Shown here piece by piece: positions 25,017 through 37,085 of a stretch of 64,000 nt of DNA (its first letter is position 1; each line of letters starts with the position of its first letter). Location of the stretch: assembly GCF_036971445.1 (NCBI RefSeq), contig NC_091480.1:23808001-23872000 (forward strand), read 5' to 3'. The translations under genes and the position numbers were made by a program. This DNA comes from Narcine bancroftii. Taxonomy: Eukaryota. Under the pieces are notes generated by a model that did no database searches, had not been told where the DNA came from, and saw only the letters and a list, made by a program, of their open reading frames with translations.

Positions 25017-25749
25017 CTGACTTGCTGAACTTTTACGCTGCTTTATATGGGTAAAATGTAAATGTCTTCCGTGCATATCTGGGCCTTACCTGTTATTCTG
25101 AAGGAGAAGAGATGTTAGAGACTTACTTCTTTTCATACGTTCCAGCACTTACCTATTTTGAGTCATTAGTTCAAGCAATAATTTTCTACACCACCTCCAG
25201 TTACCTCTCTATCTGATATACCTCTCATTTGGTATAATGTAATTTCTCTTCACTTCCCACACCAATATATCTGAACAACTTTCCAATCACATCTTTATAT
25301 TCTTTACAATTCACTTCAAAGTGGGTGGCAAATCACTATCATTTCCTTTTATTAATCAGACGATGAAATGATGCATTTATCTGCCCTGTGCGCTCATTTG
25401 GCTTTTTAGCAGGCTATGGGGTGAATCTTGCTATCTTACGTTGCAGGGTTATTTTAATTCAATTTCTGTTCATATAAAGGCGACTTTGACAGGTGGGTGA
25501 GAAGAAAATTTTCAAACTGGAAGTGTAGAAATCAATGAGAGTAACAGGTACCAAAGTAATATAATGGGTTTGCGGTACGTTAGTCTTTAAGAAGATGGGA
25601 ACACAGTGGAATGAAATTTACGCTGATGATAGAATTCTGCGTAGGCCTTATCAGGCTGATGTGTTCATTTCTGAGTGTGACATCTCTGGGAAGGCCGAGG
25701 GTGATTGAACTGAAGTGTTTAAAAGAATTTTTAACTTTTTAAAGAAATA

Positions 25750-25930
25750 TATTTAATAGTGTGGCAAAGTCGACATTTATTTTCCATTTCCAAAAAGATT
25801 GACTAGATTAAAAGGCCATTTCAGAAGTCTGTTAAGAGTTGAACTCGTTAGTGGATCCAAAATCGTACAGAGACCTGACTTCGTGAGGAAAGTGGATTTT
25901 CAGCTTCAAAAAGATGAATGAATGTGAAGG
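25750..25930 (-). mobile_element. Old SINE relic resembling chondrichthyan SacSINE1-type elements
   Basis: GGCCATTTCAGAAGTCTGTTAAGAGTTGAAC block; highly diverged. Confidence 0.45.
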
Positions 25931-26570
25931 GAATTTTGATGTGGCGTGGTGCAGGCTGCCAGAGGTAATGGATTAAGAGTTGGAGCCTCTTGATCTCGCT
26001 CCACCATTCAATAAAAAACAAGGCAGACCTGGTTATAACCTGAAGACAATGTTTCTACCTACTTTAAGTAACTTTACATATTAATTTCTTTATCCACTGT
26101 CATACTCAGTTACATTTTACAGGGCAGAGAATATTTCTACATCTGGATTGAGGGGGCAAAACAAAATGAGAGTTGGTCAATTTTGGTTGATCTTTGTACA
26201 ATATGTGCTGGAATTCCTTCCCCCTAAAACATTGCTAAATATGTCAACTGAAAATTCCAAAACTATTTTGTGATACACATAATAAAACAGGGAATCCGGA
26301 CAGACAAAATTAAGTACACTCAGCTCTAATTGACAAAGCTATGAAACCTTGCAGCCGATTAAATAAAACCAAGAGTAGGCTGTTTCCTTCCTCATACATA
26401 CTTTGCCACTAAATAAGATAATAGCTGATCTTCTAACCCAGAGCCATGACTGCATTATCCTCACATCCCTGTATTCCTGCAATATCCCAAAAATGTATTG
26501 ACGTTTATCCTACATGGAAGTTCCCGAACCTCCAAAGCCCTATGCTGCAAAGGATTCCAAAATTCCAAAA

Positions 26571-26805
26571 GGGAGCAGCATGGTTACCATAGCGCTGGTG
26601 CAATGATGTCACTGCGATTGGTACCGGGGTTTGAATCCTGCGCTGTCTGTAAGGAGTTTGCACGTTCACCACATGTCTGTGTGGGTTTTCCTCGGGGTGC
26701 TCTGGTTTCCTCCCACCATTAAAAAACATTAGCAGATGTGTAGTCAATTTAGCGCCACAGCCTCGTGGGTCAAAAGGGTCTGTTCAGGGGCTGTATGTTT
26801 GAATT
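26571..26805 (+). mobile_element. HE1/V-SINE-like SINE
   Basis: GGGGTTTGAATCCTGCGCTGTCTGTAAGGAGTTTGCACGTTC...GGTTTCCTCCCACC. Confidence 0.9.
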
Positions 26806-26854
26806 CATATAATTTTTTTAAAATTCAAAATTTAAAAAATATATAAAATTTAAA

Positions 26855-27560
26855 AATTCACGACCCTCTGTGTGAGGAATATTCTTTGCATCTCAGTCCT
26901 GAATGGTCCACGAGTTGTTTTGAGATTGTGATCCCTAGTTTCACATACACTTGCCCATCTCTGCACCCACCCCATTAAACCTGTAAGAATTCTTTGTGTT
27001 GCAATGAAACCACTTCTCACTCTTACAAATTCAAGAAGGTCTGAGCCTGGTCTGAGTAATATCCTCACAACATTTCAATCACATCCGTATTTTTTCAGTA
27101 CTTGCATATAATCTTTCAGTACTTATGTACAAGGACACCCAGGTTCCTTGAACCATGAACACATTTCAAAATGTCACAGCATAAACAAAAAAGATGTTTT
27201 GCAAAGAGGAAGGCTTCCCATCTTTCCACATTATAGTTAATTTGCTATATCTTTACCCTTCCACTTAATCTTTTTTTATGGTCTCTTTGCTAACCACCTT
27301 TGGTTCCACCAGAAATCCTGAATATGTTAGACTCAACCCCTTGCCAAGTCATTAATATACATTGTGATCTGCATTAATACCTGTGTCAATAAACTCCAAC
27401 TAGAATGTGTTTCTTTTATTTCTATTCTGTTTGTGACTGTTATCCAATCCTCAATCTAAGCCAATTTATTTCCCAAATCCACATATCCTGATTTTGTTTA
27501 ATGTATTCTAAAAATTCAAACACTCCGCACTGGTATTTGTTGATTTATTCTGCAAAATAC
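26855..27560 (-). mobile_element. Degenerate CR1 LINE fragment
   Basis: ETRDHNLKTTRGPFRTEMQRIFLTQRVVNF. Confidence 0.75.
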
Positions 27561-27631
27561 ACATAAATAAATGCTGACTTTTGCTCAGTCCCTTTTATTA
27601 TTTTCCAGGTGTTCTCATGGAACTTCCTTCA

Positions 27632-27850
27632 GTGAGTGCAATGCCTTTACAGCGCTAGCAATTGGGACCTGGGTTCATATCCCGCACTGTCTGCAAGGAG
27701 TTTGTACGCTCTCCCCGTGTCTGCATGGGTTTTCTCTGGGGTTCTGGTTTCCTCCCACCATTCAGGATGTATAGGTTAATTGGGGGCAAAATTGGCGGCA
27801 CGGACTTGTGGGTTGAAATTGCCTGCTGCCGTGCTGAGTGTCTAAATAAA
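27632..27850 (+). mobile_element. HE1/V-SINE-like SINE
   Basis: GGGTTCATATCCCGCACTGTCTGCAAGGAGTTTGTACGCTCTCCCCGTGTCTGCATGGGTT. Confidence 0.9.
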
Positions 27851-28419
27851 CAATTAAATAATGAGATGACAGCTTTCAATAGATTCCGTTCAACTGTTTG
27901 CAGCTCACCTAGTCTGCATTTTCCCATTTTCTTTCTCATACCAGTGTTACATTTGTAGGGTAAAATGGAAGGGCGCAACAAAGCACTGGAACTGGGTGAA
28001 GAAGTGAGAGTCATGAATGTACTGGCTGTGCAGTGTTCAAAGGTGCATACTGACAAGTTAACCAGTATGTAACTGTGGAACAGTATGTGAACCAGTCATA
28101 AATTCCAAGGTAAAGTGGAAACATAGAAAAAAGAGATTACATGAGATGTTCTCACAGGAACATTGAACCTGTGTAAATATGTACAAGAAAACTCCTGAAC
28201 TTTGTTCAAATTTACTAGCAAACATTTTAAAATTTATCCGAACATAATGCTTACAATTCTCTTTGTGTTTACCCAGCATTGATCACTGCTTTCTTTTAAA
28301 AAGGCACCAGTCTCAAGAAAACTGCTACCTTAAGTTTGGTGGGTTTCTCTTTCTAAAGAAATTGTGCCAAGTGGTTATTTCTTGAAATGTTGTTTGTATC
28401 ATCCTTGCAAATCAGTTAA

Positions 28420-28825
28420 AGAGTGACTATCATGGTAGACAGTTGTCGGCTCTATTGGCAATTCTGAAATAGAGAGCAACAAGTTCCTTGGAGTTCACTT
28501 AACTAATGGCCTATTGTGGATGCTCAACATCTCCTCACTTGTCAGGAAGGTGCAACAGTGATTGCACTTCCTGAGAAAACTGAAGCGGGCAAGGCTAATG
28601 GTCGCCATTTTGTCAACCTTCTATAGGAGCTCTATCAAGAGCATCCTGTCTGGCTGCATCACAATATTTATTTATTTGTATAGATGAAATACTTGTTCTG
28701 CATATGTGTTTGTCTGTACGGATATTATATCTGGTTGTGTGTCTGTATGTCTTGCACCAAGGACTGGAGAATGCTGTTTCATCGGGTGGTACTTGTACAA
28801 TCAGATGATAGTAAACTTGAGTTGT
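28420..28825 (+). mobile_element. Internally deleted Rex1-like LINE 3' end
   Basis: KFLGVHL, RKVQQ*LHFLRKLKRARL, FYRSSIKSILSGCIT; same tail as 14485-16255. Confidence 0.8.
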
Positions 28826-29099
28826 CTTTAATATGATGCTTCTCGTTGAGTCAGTGAATGAGATATCCAATCAATTCAAAAGAACCCTTAACATGCCACA
28901 AATGAACAGGAAGATTATTAGAGATGTCAGTCCTATTGACTCTCAAAACCATCATTTTAAAACTTGTGTTAAAAATACGACCATCTAGCTTTGACTGTAC
29001 TTTAGTGTACTACAACCTGACACAACACTGTTGAAAGTGTTTTCATATTTTCATAGATGAATAAAGGCTTTACTGTAAAAAAAAATCTAAAGAAATATT

Positions 29100-29290
29100 T
29101 TACTGCGCCATTTGAAGAGGAGTTTTCTCTTGACTGAAAACAGATTATCTAGTCATTATATAATTGCATCCTCTGGGATCTTACTGTTCCCACAGTGGTA
29201 AAACAACAGTAATTACCCTTAAAGAACTAATTAATTAGCTGAGACTCAGTTTTGGACATTTTACAATTGTGAAAGACGTTACATTTTAAC
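29100..29290 (+). mobile_element. DeuSINE (AmnSINE1-like) relic
   Basis: AAAACAGATTATCTAGTCATTATATAATTGC...TGGGATCTTACTGT...ACAACAGTAATTACCCTTAAAG...TGTGAAAGACGTTAC resembles the Deu domain plus tail. Confidence 0.65.
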
Positions 29291-31737
29291 CATTTTTAAA
29301 TAATTTCTCACCATTTATTTTGCATGTGTTGAAAAAACACATTGTATCTTTCAAAATGGTGACAAGAATTCTGTTATAAATATTTTTCCTCATTTAATAA
29401 AGCATAGTGAAAAAAAAAGTAAGTTTTTGGAATCAGGTCCTTTGAAAGCAGTTGAGGCAATTCTTTAGGCTCCAGGGATTTAAATACTGAAATCTATTAA
29501 ATGGGTTCAGTTTGACAATTAGATGTTAAGGTCACAGTGTCAGGGTTAAAGCATAGCCCAATGCCACTATGTTCTTCCTTGCTCTATGTGCAGCTCCATG
29601 TTATTCCAGCTTTAATTAGAAATTTGCAAGATCCACAAATAGCTTCAGTCATTTTTGGTTTGGGAGGGTATTATATTAGCCAGAACTCCATCTACAATGC
29701 TCCTCATAATTATCAACTCCAGCAACATGCATTGAAATGTGTCAACATATGATGAGGCCAGATTAGTCTCTGGTACCTCTATATTCCCTGAGCAACAATC
29801 GCAGAAATGAAGTAGAGGACGATGCTTGGCATCGATGGAACTAAAATTCCGCATGCAATTAATACCTTCACTTGACAAGTGGAAAATGCATTTAAGGGAA
29901 TAGTAGTGTAGCATTCCCGCAGTCAGCAACAAAGCAAAGCCTGCGATACAGCAAATTGCCAGGAATACTTAAAAATAATTAAATATTAAATACAAAGAAA
30001 GTGAGTGAGGAATAAGTGGATACTGCAAATACATTTCATCCACAATGCAAATTCTCTCAGTGCACTGACACACACTGTAACTGTAAAGTTGTAACCCATT
30101 GTGTGCAACTTTGCTTCATTAATGTTACAAACTGTGATCCTGAGGGAAAGGGCAAGTGTGAAACATGGCAGTTGTAATGATTTAAAGATTACGGAGATGC
30201 TGTGGGAAGCCTTTTGGGCTTTGAGAATAAGAAGCACTTGGAGGCTGTTCAGACTGAGAAAAGGATGGGGAAAGGCAGCAAGCACCAAGTGACGTATCTC
30301 AGTGCCTCTGTAAAATCTTAGTTCAGGAGAACAAAGAAGAGGACTTAGCCCACTTAACGAAGCAAAGTGCCCAATCCTTACCCACAATTAGACTCTGTGC
30401 TCTGTCGAATCTGCTGAGGAAATGTGAATCATTGAGGATAAATTGAACTAGTTTTTCCTGGGACTCAAATCAGAAAGGGCAATAAGGAATTAAAAATAAG
30501 CAGGTGTGAGAGAAACAAAATGAAAAGATTTGAAGCATTGTGGTAATAGGAAATCTATAAATTCTTCAATGATTTCAGCTGAATTAAGTTTTCAAAATTG
30601 ATCTAAGTTAAAAGAAACTGCACCTGGAATGGTAGTATGAATTGATGATAAAACATAATTATGTAAAATGACAAAGACATAGCCTTTTCAGGCATTCCAC
30701 TGGGATTGAGTTTCCACAGGCTCTTGGAAATATGGGGGAGGAGATGATCGAGAGGATGGGCGCTTTGTAACATGGTCCCTTCCTGATGCAGAACTTCCAT
30801 GTGAAGTCAAGTGATAGCACTCTACAGCAGAGAAATAAGCCCTTTGGCCCAACTTACCTATGTTATTCAAATGTCCCATTTACCTGCATTCAGCCATCTT
30901 CTTCTAAACCTTCTCTATTCATATATGTTCTAAATGTCTTTTGAACATTACAATTGTCCTCGTTTTCACCTCTTACTCTGGCAGGTCATTACAAGTATGC
31001 ACCATTTTCTTTGTGAAGGAAGTGCCCCTCAGATGCTTTTTAAATCTTTCTCTTCTCACCTTAAATCTATGCCCTATAGGTTTAGATTCTGTTACCCTGG
31101 GAAGAAGACAATGGCTATTTAGATTCTTTATGCCCTTCAGAATTTTACAGACCACTATAAGCTCCAAATTAGTTCCTACACTCCAGGGAAAAAAAATTCC
31201 CCGTCCATCCAGCCTCTCCTTGCAATTCAAGCTTCCCAATCACCAGAACATCTTCATGAATCTTATCTGCACCTTTTCCAGTTTAATTAAATTTTTCCCT
31301 GGGTAAATGACCAGAATTGCATCCAATATTTGAAATACATTAACACCAACATCTTGTACAGTTGTAACTTGGTATCTCTGCTCCTGACCAATGAAGGCAA
31401 GCATGCCAAATGCACTGTAGTTCCCACTTTCATAGAATGGTGAACCTGCATCTCCAAGTCTCTTCATTCCACAACACTCCCAGGGCCCTACTGTACAAGT
31501 CCTGCCCTGGCTCAACTTACCAAAGTGGCACCTTGCACTTGTCAGAATTAAATTCCATCTGTCATTTCTTAACCCAGTTTCTCAGTTCATCTACAGTCGA
31601 TCCTCTTGATAATTTAGATAACTTGCTTTGCTGTCCAGTATACCACTAATTTTGGTGCTGTCCTCAAATTGTCCTCAAAAAGGTGCCCTGCTCTTCCACC
31701 CATTTAACTCATTGTTCAAATTCATCACATTTAATTT

Positions 31738-32000
31738 GGGGCAGCACGGTTGGGCATAGGGGCAGCATGGCTGGAGTAGTGGTTAGCACAACACCTTTAC
31801 AGTGACCGTGATTGGGACCGGGCTTCGAATCCCACGCTGTCTGTAAGGACTTTGCATGTTCTCCTAGTGTTTGCGTGGGTTTTCTCCGGGGGCTCTGATT
31901 TCCTCCCTCTGTTCAAAATGTACTGGGTGTTGTAGGTCAATTGGGTGACATAGGCTTGTGGGCCGAAAGAGCCTGTAACTGTGCTGAATATCTAAATTTT
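31738..32000 (+). mobile_element. HE1/V-SINE-like SINE with duplicated 5' head
   Basis: GGGGCAGCACGGTTGG followed by GGGGCAGCATGGCTGG; B box GGCTTCGAATCCC. Confidence 0.9.
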
Positions 32001-32191
32001 AAAAAGTAACTAACCATACTAACTACATTGCCATCCCACTCATGAATATCAATGACAGTGGATGGAACACGGATCCCTGTGTCAAAGCCCTCCAATCTGT
32101 GTAATGACCCTGCATATCAGTAACCCCCTTCTATTCAACCTTTGGGCCAGATCTGTATCCAATTGGCCAGTTCACCCTGGATCCTCTAACG

Positions 32192-32850
32192 TTAAAATGT
32201 TGGCGTTGCTGGAACTGCTATAATGTCGCTGGTGCAGACTCAGGCCAGCAAAGAGCAGAGAAACAGCTCTGTTCTGAAGGGTTCAGACACCCAGTCCTAA
32301 CGCCGGTGGTTCTGTACAGGCTTTAAATGGCCTGTTAAATGAGCCATTGATGTTTGTAAGTAAAATCATGCAACCATGAGATCTGTAGCCTAGATGGCAG
32401 TGCCTGTACTGGGCAGTGGCCATGAGGCATTGCAGAACCCGGGGGGAGCAGTGAACCAGAAATAGGGAGAATACCCTTCGTCAGGACACCAAGCATGGAA
32501 GCAAACCAGCAGCTGAAGGACCCATGTCGGCTGCAGGCTATTGCTGAGTTGCAAGGGCTGCGGGTGACTGGTTCATGGAAACCAGGTATCGGAGCCAGGA
32601 TTTGAGAGGGTCCAGAGGGCAAGAAGGCTCCAGATGGGCTCCTGATGCTAATGGGTTGTTGGTTATGTCAGAGGCTTAGAGATCGGGTTGCTGAAGAATT
32701 GATCAAGGGTCTGTGCAGGTACAAAGGCTGGAAGTGCATCCACGGATACTCAGTAACTCTGGAGGGACTCTTTTGCTTCTCTTTCTCATATTGTTATGGC
32801 AGACAAAATTGAAACATATCAAGAATATTATATTTTTAATGTCTTGTAAA
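32192..32850 (+). mobile_element. Non-coding non-autonomous retroposon family, near full-length copy
   Basis: Nested in the CR1; colinear with 21780-22130(-), 34070-34345(-) and 44970-45570(+). Confidence 0.7.
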
Positions 32851-33329
32851 GGAACCATTAAAGGTCCTTCTGAAACAACCTACCAAATGAGACCTCATCA
32901 AAGGTCTTGCTAAAGTCAATGTAGACAATGTCTACTACTCCATCCGTCATCCAACTTTTTCTTCAAAAAACCTCAATTACATTTGTGAGACAATTTCCCA
33001 CCCAAAGCCATACTATTTCTAATCAATCCTTGCCTTTCCAAATGCAAGGTGATCCTGTCTCTCACAAGCCACTCAATAATGTATCCTCAACTGACTGTGG
33101 GGCACAATTCTGGCAATGTTGGACTGGGGGAGGAATCTGATATTGGTCACTTACCATTTGAGAGAACTTGAAGGATATTGCAGTAGCAGTATTTGTAATG
33201 TCCTCACTGTGCTTGTTGGTAGTCCCAGAGTCAGAAACATACAGCAAAACCAGGACAGTGCAACAAGCCTTCAGATTGATAAAGGCAACCTTAAAATTAG
33301 TATATTGTGGCCTTCCTTAAAGATCAGAG

Positions 33330-33657
33330 CAGTGCTTCTCAACCTTTTTCTTTCCACTCACATACCTCTTTAAGAATTTCCTATGCCATAGATGCTCTGT
33401 GATTAGTAAGGGATTGCTTAAGGTGGAAGGTGGGTGGAAAGAAAAAGGTTGAAAACCACCATTTTCATCAGACCTAATTAACTCGTTATGTGCACGGTTT
33501 CATATCTCCAAAGGAAATGGCAATTTTTCTTGAGCAAAATATTTCATTAACAATTGGGTCTAGAGCAGTGATTCTCAACCTTCCCTTCCCACTACCTTGG
33601 CATAGGGATTACTTAAAGTGGTGTGTGAGTAGAAAGAAAAAAGGTTGAGGACCACTG
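33330..33657. mobile_element. Non-autonomous hAT (Charlie/Buster-type) composite element, copy 1
   Basis: TIR CAGTGCTTCTCAACC...GGTTGAGGACCACTG; decayed 8-bp TSD GATCAGAG/GATTTGAG; internal second TIR pair. Confidence 0.9.
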
Positions 33658-34069
33658 GATTTGAGCAACAACTACAAAGAACTAAGCTTTTATAAAATCA
33701 AGTCCAAATGCAAAACTGCCTTCCTGTTTTAGTCCAAGTTCCTCTTGTTACATTATCTTCATAACTATCTTGCAAAGCAAAATTATTACAATCTATATGG
33801 AGACGAATTTTCCATTGATATCCCACCTATGGCATCCAAATACTGGTACACTGCAAAAACAATGTCAATACTCCTGACGATGATTACATGTATAAATATT
33901 TCTTCTAATATTTACAATAATGAGCAATATACTTCGTCAACGTCTCACAAGCATAAAATTTGAATCATATCAGAAAGCCTGAAAAAATTTTTATGAAAGT
34001 TTTATGATTCCCTCTATTATTAACTAGTCCTGTTGTCACGTTACAATTTTACATTTTTTCCAATGATTC

Positions 34070-34345
34070 GAGATCCAATTTATCATCATTGTAATGAAAC
34101 GGTGTCACATGACATTAAATTGCTTTTGCCTGCTGTAAGGCAGACAGATTCACCATCGGCAGAAATTGCCTGAAGCACCTCCTCCAGTCAGAGGAAGAGA
34201 GGCAAAAGAGAGTTCTCCCCAGAGTCACCAAGTGTCCATAGATTTACCTCCAGTACTTCCACACCCTCCGCAGCCACAAAGCCCAAACCGTTGGCAACCC
34301 CAGCTCCAGATCCGAGCCTCCGTCACAGTCAGGAACTTGCAGCTT
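34070..34345 (-). mobile_element. Non-coding non-autonomous retroposon family, 3' end
   Basis: Reverse strand CTCTTTTGCCTCTCTTCCTCTGACT...GAATCTGTCTGCCTTACAGCAGGCAAAAGCAATTT matches 45460-45560. Confidence 0.7.
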
Positions 34346-34831
34346 AAAAAGTCTGTTATCGAGTGCATTGCTTTTGGGCAAACAATGGGAAACATTAGTG
34401 AAAATAAAAAAACCTTTTCGAGATCTGGGCAGCATTAGCAAGGCCAGTGACAGTTCTTGTGCGTCGCATGTTGCCTTTGAGAAAGAGGTGGTGAGGTGCT
34501 TTTGTCATCAGCTATCTTCTGGTAAAGACACTCCAACTGTGCTACTAAGTAGGCCGTTCTCATATTTAGATGTGGTGGCAGTGAAGGATCACGATGGTGT
34601 GCAAGTTGGAGAGGGAACCTGCAGGTGGGCAGTGTTGTAATGTACGTGTTAGCCACTCCTTCCTGATTAAAGAAAATATTCTTGGTGTGATTCGCACATA
34701 CATGGAGCAAAAACTCTGGTGGTTCTGAAAGCCTGGGTCATTTGGTCAAGCCTTCCATTCCAAGAGGGCAGTCTGTTAACATCACCACCATGAGATCTCT
34801 ACAATTCCTGCAAAACACTGTTCCTCTATAA

Positions 34832-35201
34832 CAATGGTTCTCAACCTTTTTTCTTTCCACTCACCTACCACGTTAAGTAATCCCTATGCCATCGGTGCTC
34901 TGTGATTAGTAAGGGACTGCTTAAGGTGGTAGGTGAATGGGAAGGGAAGGTTGAGAATCACTACTTTCAACCCAATTGTTACTGAAATATTTTGCTTGAG
35001 AGAAATTGTCATTGGCCCATGTCCTTTTGGAGTTATGAAACCGTGCACATAATGAGCCAATTAGGGATGATTAAAACAGTGGTTTTCAACCTTTTTCTTT
35101 CCACCCACATACCACCTTCAATAATCTCATACAGAGCACCTATGGCATAGGGAATACTTAAAGTGGTATGTGAGTGGAAAGAAAAAGGTTGAGAACCACT
35201 G
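34832..35201. mobile_element. Non-autonomous hAT composite element, copy 2 (opposite orientation)
   Basis: TIR CAATGGTTCTCAACC...GGTTGAGAACCACTG; perfect 8-bp TSD CTCTATAA at 34824-34831 and 35202-35209. Confidence 0.95.
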
Positions 35202-35529
35202 CTCTATAATCAAGGAACTTGAAAAGATGCCCGCCCCACCTTTAGTAGAAAGCATCCGTTGCTTTTCCATCTTCAGTCTCCACAACCACTGCCACACTGA
35301 GAGGTGAGCAAATTATTTCTACTTCCTGAATATTCTGGGATGTTCAGAGAATCCTCCTCTTTAACCAGTCTTGTCTGCTAGTGTTGATGGGATTCTCTCT
35401 TTGGGGCAGCCACCAAAAGTCTCCATTACTCCAAGAAATGCCCCACCCACAGCACTCTCAGAAGTATTTCAGAGCTTTCATCAATATCTTCGAAAAATTT
35501 CTCACTGGAAAGCTGTGCTCCAAATCGCG

Positions 35530-35730
35530 GAATGGTACAGCACAGAAACAGGCCCTTCCATGTCTACTATCTGAACTCATCCCATTTTCTTGCATTAGGG
35601 CCCAAATTCCACTATGTCTTTCCTATCCAATTACCTGACCTTTTCAACAATCTAATTGTATTTGCCTCCATCATCTGCTTGGACAGCTCCTTCCACATAT
35701 TCATCACCCTCTGTGCAGAAAAAACAACTA
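35530..35730 (-). mobile_element. CR1 3' end
   Basis: TACAGCACAGAAACAGGCCCTTC and CAGCTCCTTCCACATATTCATCACCCTCTGTG. Confidence 0.7.
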
Positions 35731-36809
35731 CCTGGACAGTCAGCTCAGTGAACCATCCCACAACAACCACATAAATTCCTTGAATGAGGTTAACATGTCC
35801 TTTCCTTCAATGTCTCGGCCTTCTGAAGTTAAATCCCTTGCCTAAGAAATTGAGTTTTTGGTATGGTAAATGCTGCTGCTTCTGTCACTAAGACCCAAAC
35901 ATGGGACAACAAAAAAAAAATTCACTAAATGTACAAACTTCATCTTTCTACCATTTGTCATTTAGTAAACATTGTCCCCCACCCACACGTGCTTCCTAAA
36001 GGCAGCTGTGCAGTTTGCAGTTGACATGTCATTCCCATACTGGCCACTGGGAGGTGAGTGAGCGATCACAACAATGAAGAACTTTTTTATCACAGTGAAG
36101 AGTTCCCTCTGATGCACAGAAGTAACCTCCAGCACTAGGGAGGAGTGAGGTACAGGTAGGGAGTAGAACACAGTCCTGGCAAGTTTGCATTCATTCACAA
36201 GTGATTAGCATTTCACCATTGTGGTCACTCCTTATTTTGTTTGGAGTGAATTACATTCCATATGCTGGTCTTTGGATCTATTTCTGCCACCACTATGGTT
36301 CCAGTTTTGTTATATCATGCACAAAGTGGTAATAATGCACAATGTTGCACAAAAAAAAATCAGAGAGAGGGTGGGAATAAACTCAGCTCCCTTGAATTCT
36401 CCAACAACACACAATGTACGTTGGAATTGTTCTCACAAACCTCCAATATGAATTAACATGAATTTTTGTCAAAAATCATTCATAACCAACATCCATGTAC
36501 CATTCTTGAAAATGAAAGTGCTATTAGATTCAAATTAATGGCAAACAATTATCCACTTTAAAGAGTTGGAAATTTTCACTGCTACTCTTTGCCACAAGGT
36601 TAGTTTTACACCATTATATTAATAAGCACTTTTCTGGAACAAATCTGATCTGAGTAAGGGCCACATTCTCAATACCACCTGCTGTGACAGTTCCTGGAAA
36701 TAGAAGAAGAGGGAAAAACTACTGGGAGGGGCCAGGGGTGGGGGCTAGAGGGAAATGTATGAACGGGAGCTGGTGAAGAGGAGATGGAAACAGTAGAAGA
36801 GATAGAAAG

Positions 36810-37085
36810 AGCATGCATTTCTCCAAGCTTTCACCCATCCCAGTGGTCTCTTCCTCTACCTGTCTCTCCACCCCTCTCATCTTCTGTCAGATACCCTGTC
36901 ACGTCTCAGCCTTTCCCTAACTTCCTCCCCTCATCAACAATATAACTGATATCAGTCCTTCCTAGTATAGTCTCCTCAATAAAAAATCCACACCCATTGA
37001 CTGACCATTTCTGCCCATGGATGCTGCCTGACTCAAGTTTTGCCAGCCGCGCATAGATTGCTCAAGATTCCAGAATCCGCATATG
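36810..37085 (+). mobile_element. Penelope-like terminal region
   Basis: CCATGGATGCTGCCTGAC...TTGCTCAAGATTCCAG terminal motif, also seen inverted at 12820 and 42600. Confidence 0.6.

Larger units (their letters stand above)
30815..33110 (-). mobile_element. CR1 LINE 3' portion with two nested insertions
   Basis: IKLEKVQIRFMKM, GHRFKVRRERFK..LRGTSFT..MVHTCNDLPE; RT motif region (VDIVYIDFSKTFDEVS) at ~32890-32940. Confidence 0.85.

Noticed and set aside
25618-25680. C/D box snoRNA (TGATGA 25624, CTGA 25671, weak terminal stem)
   Set aside because: Only 51 nt from box to box, atypical k-turn spacing, and no guide complementarity that I recognise.
26123-26143. GREYFYI, identical to an ephrin-A motif
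   Set aside because: No ephrin similarity on either side and no donor at the expected place; chance match.
27609-27631. 23-nt exon with strong acceptor and GTGAGT donor
   Set aside because: The donor is the decayed 5' end of the adjacent SINE; no other support.
8200-28042. Similarity between KTKLMDLGE (near 8300, minus) and RNKALELGE (near 27970, plus) as paralogous second exons
   Set aside because: Four identities in 12 residues, different acceptor phase, and no flanking nucleotide homology.
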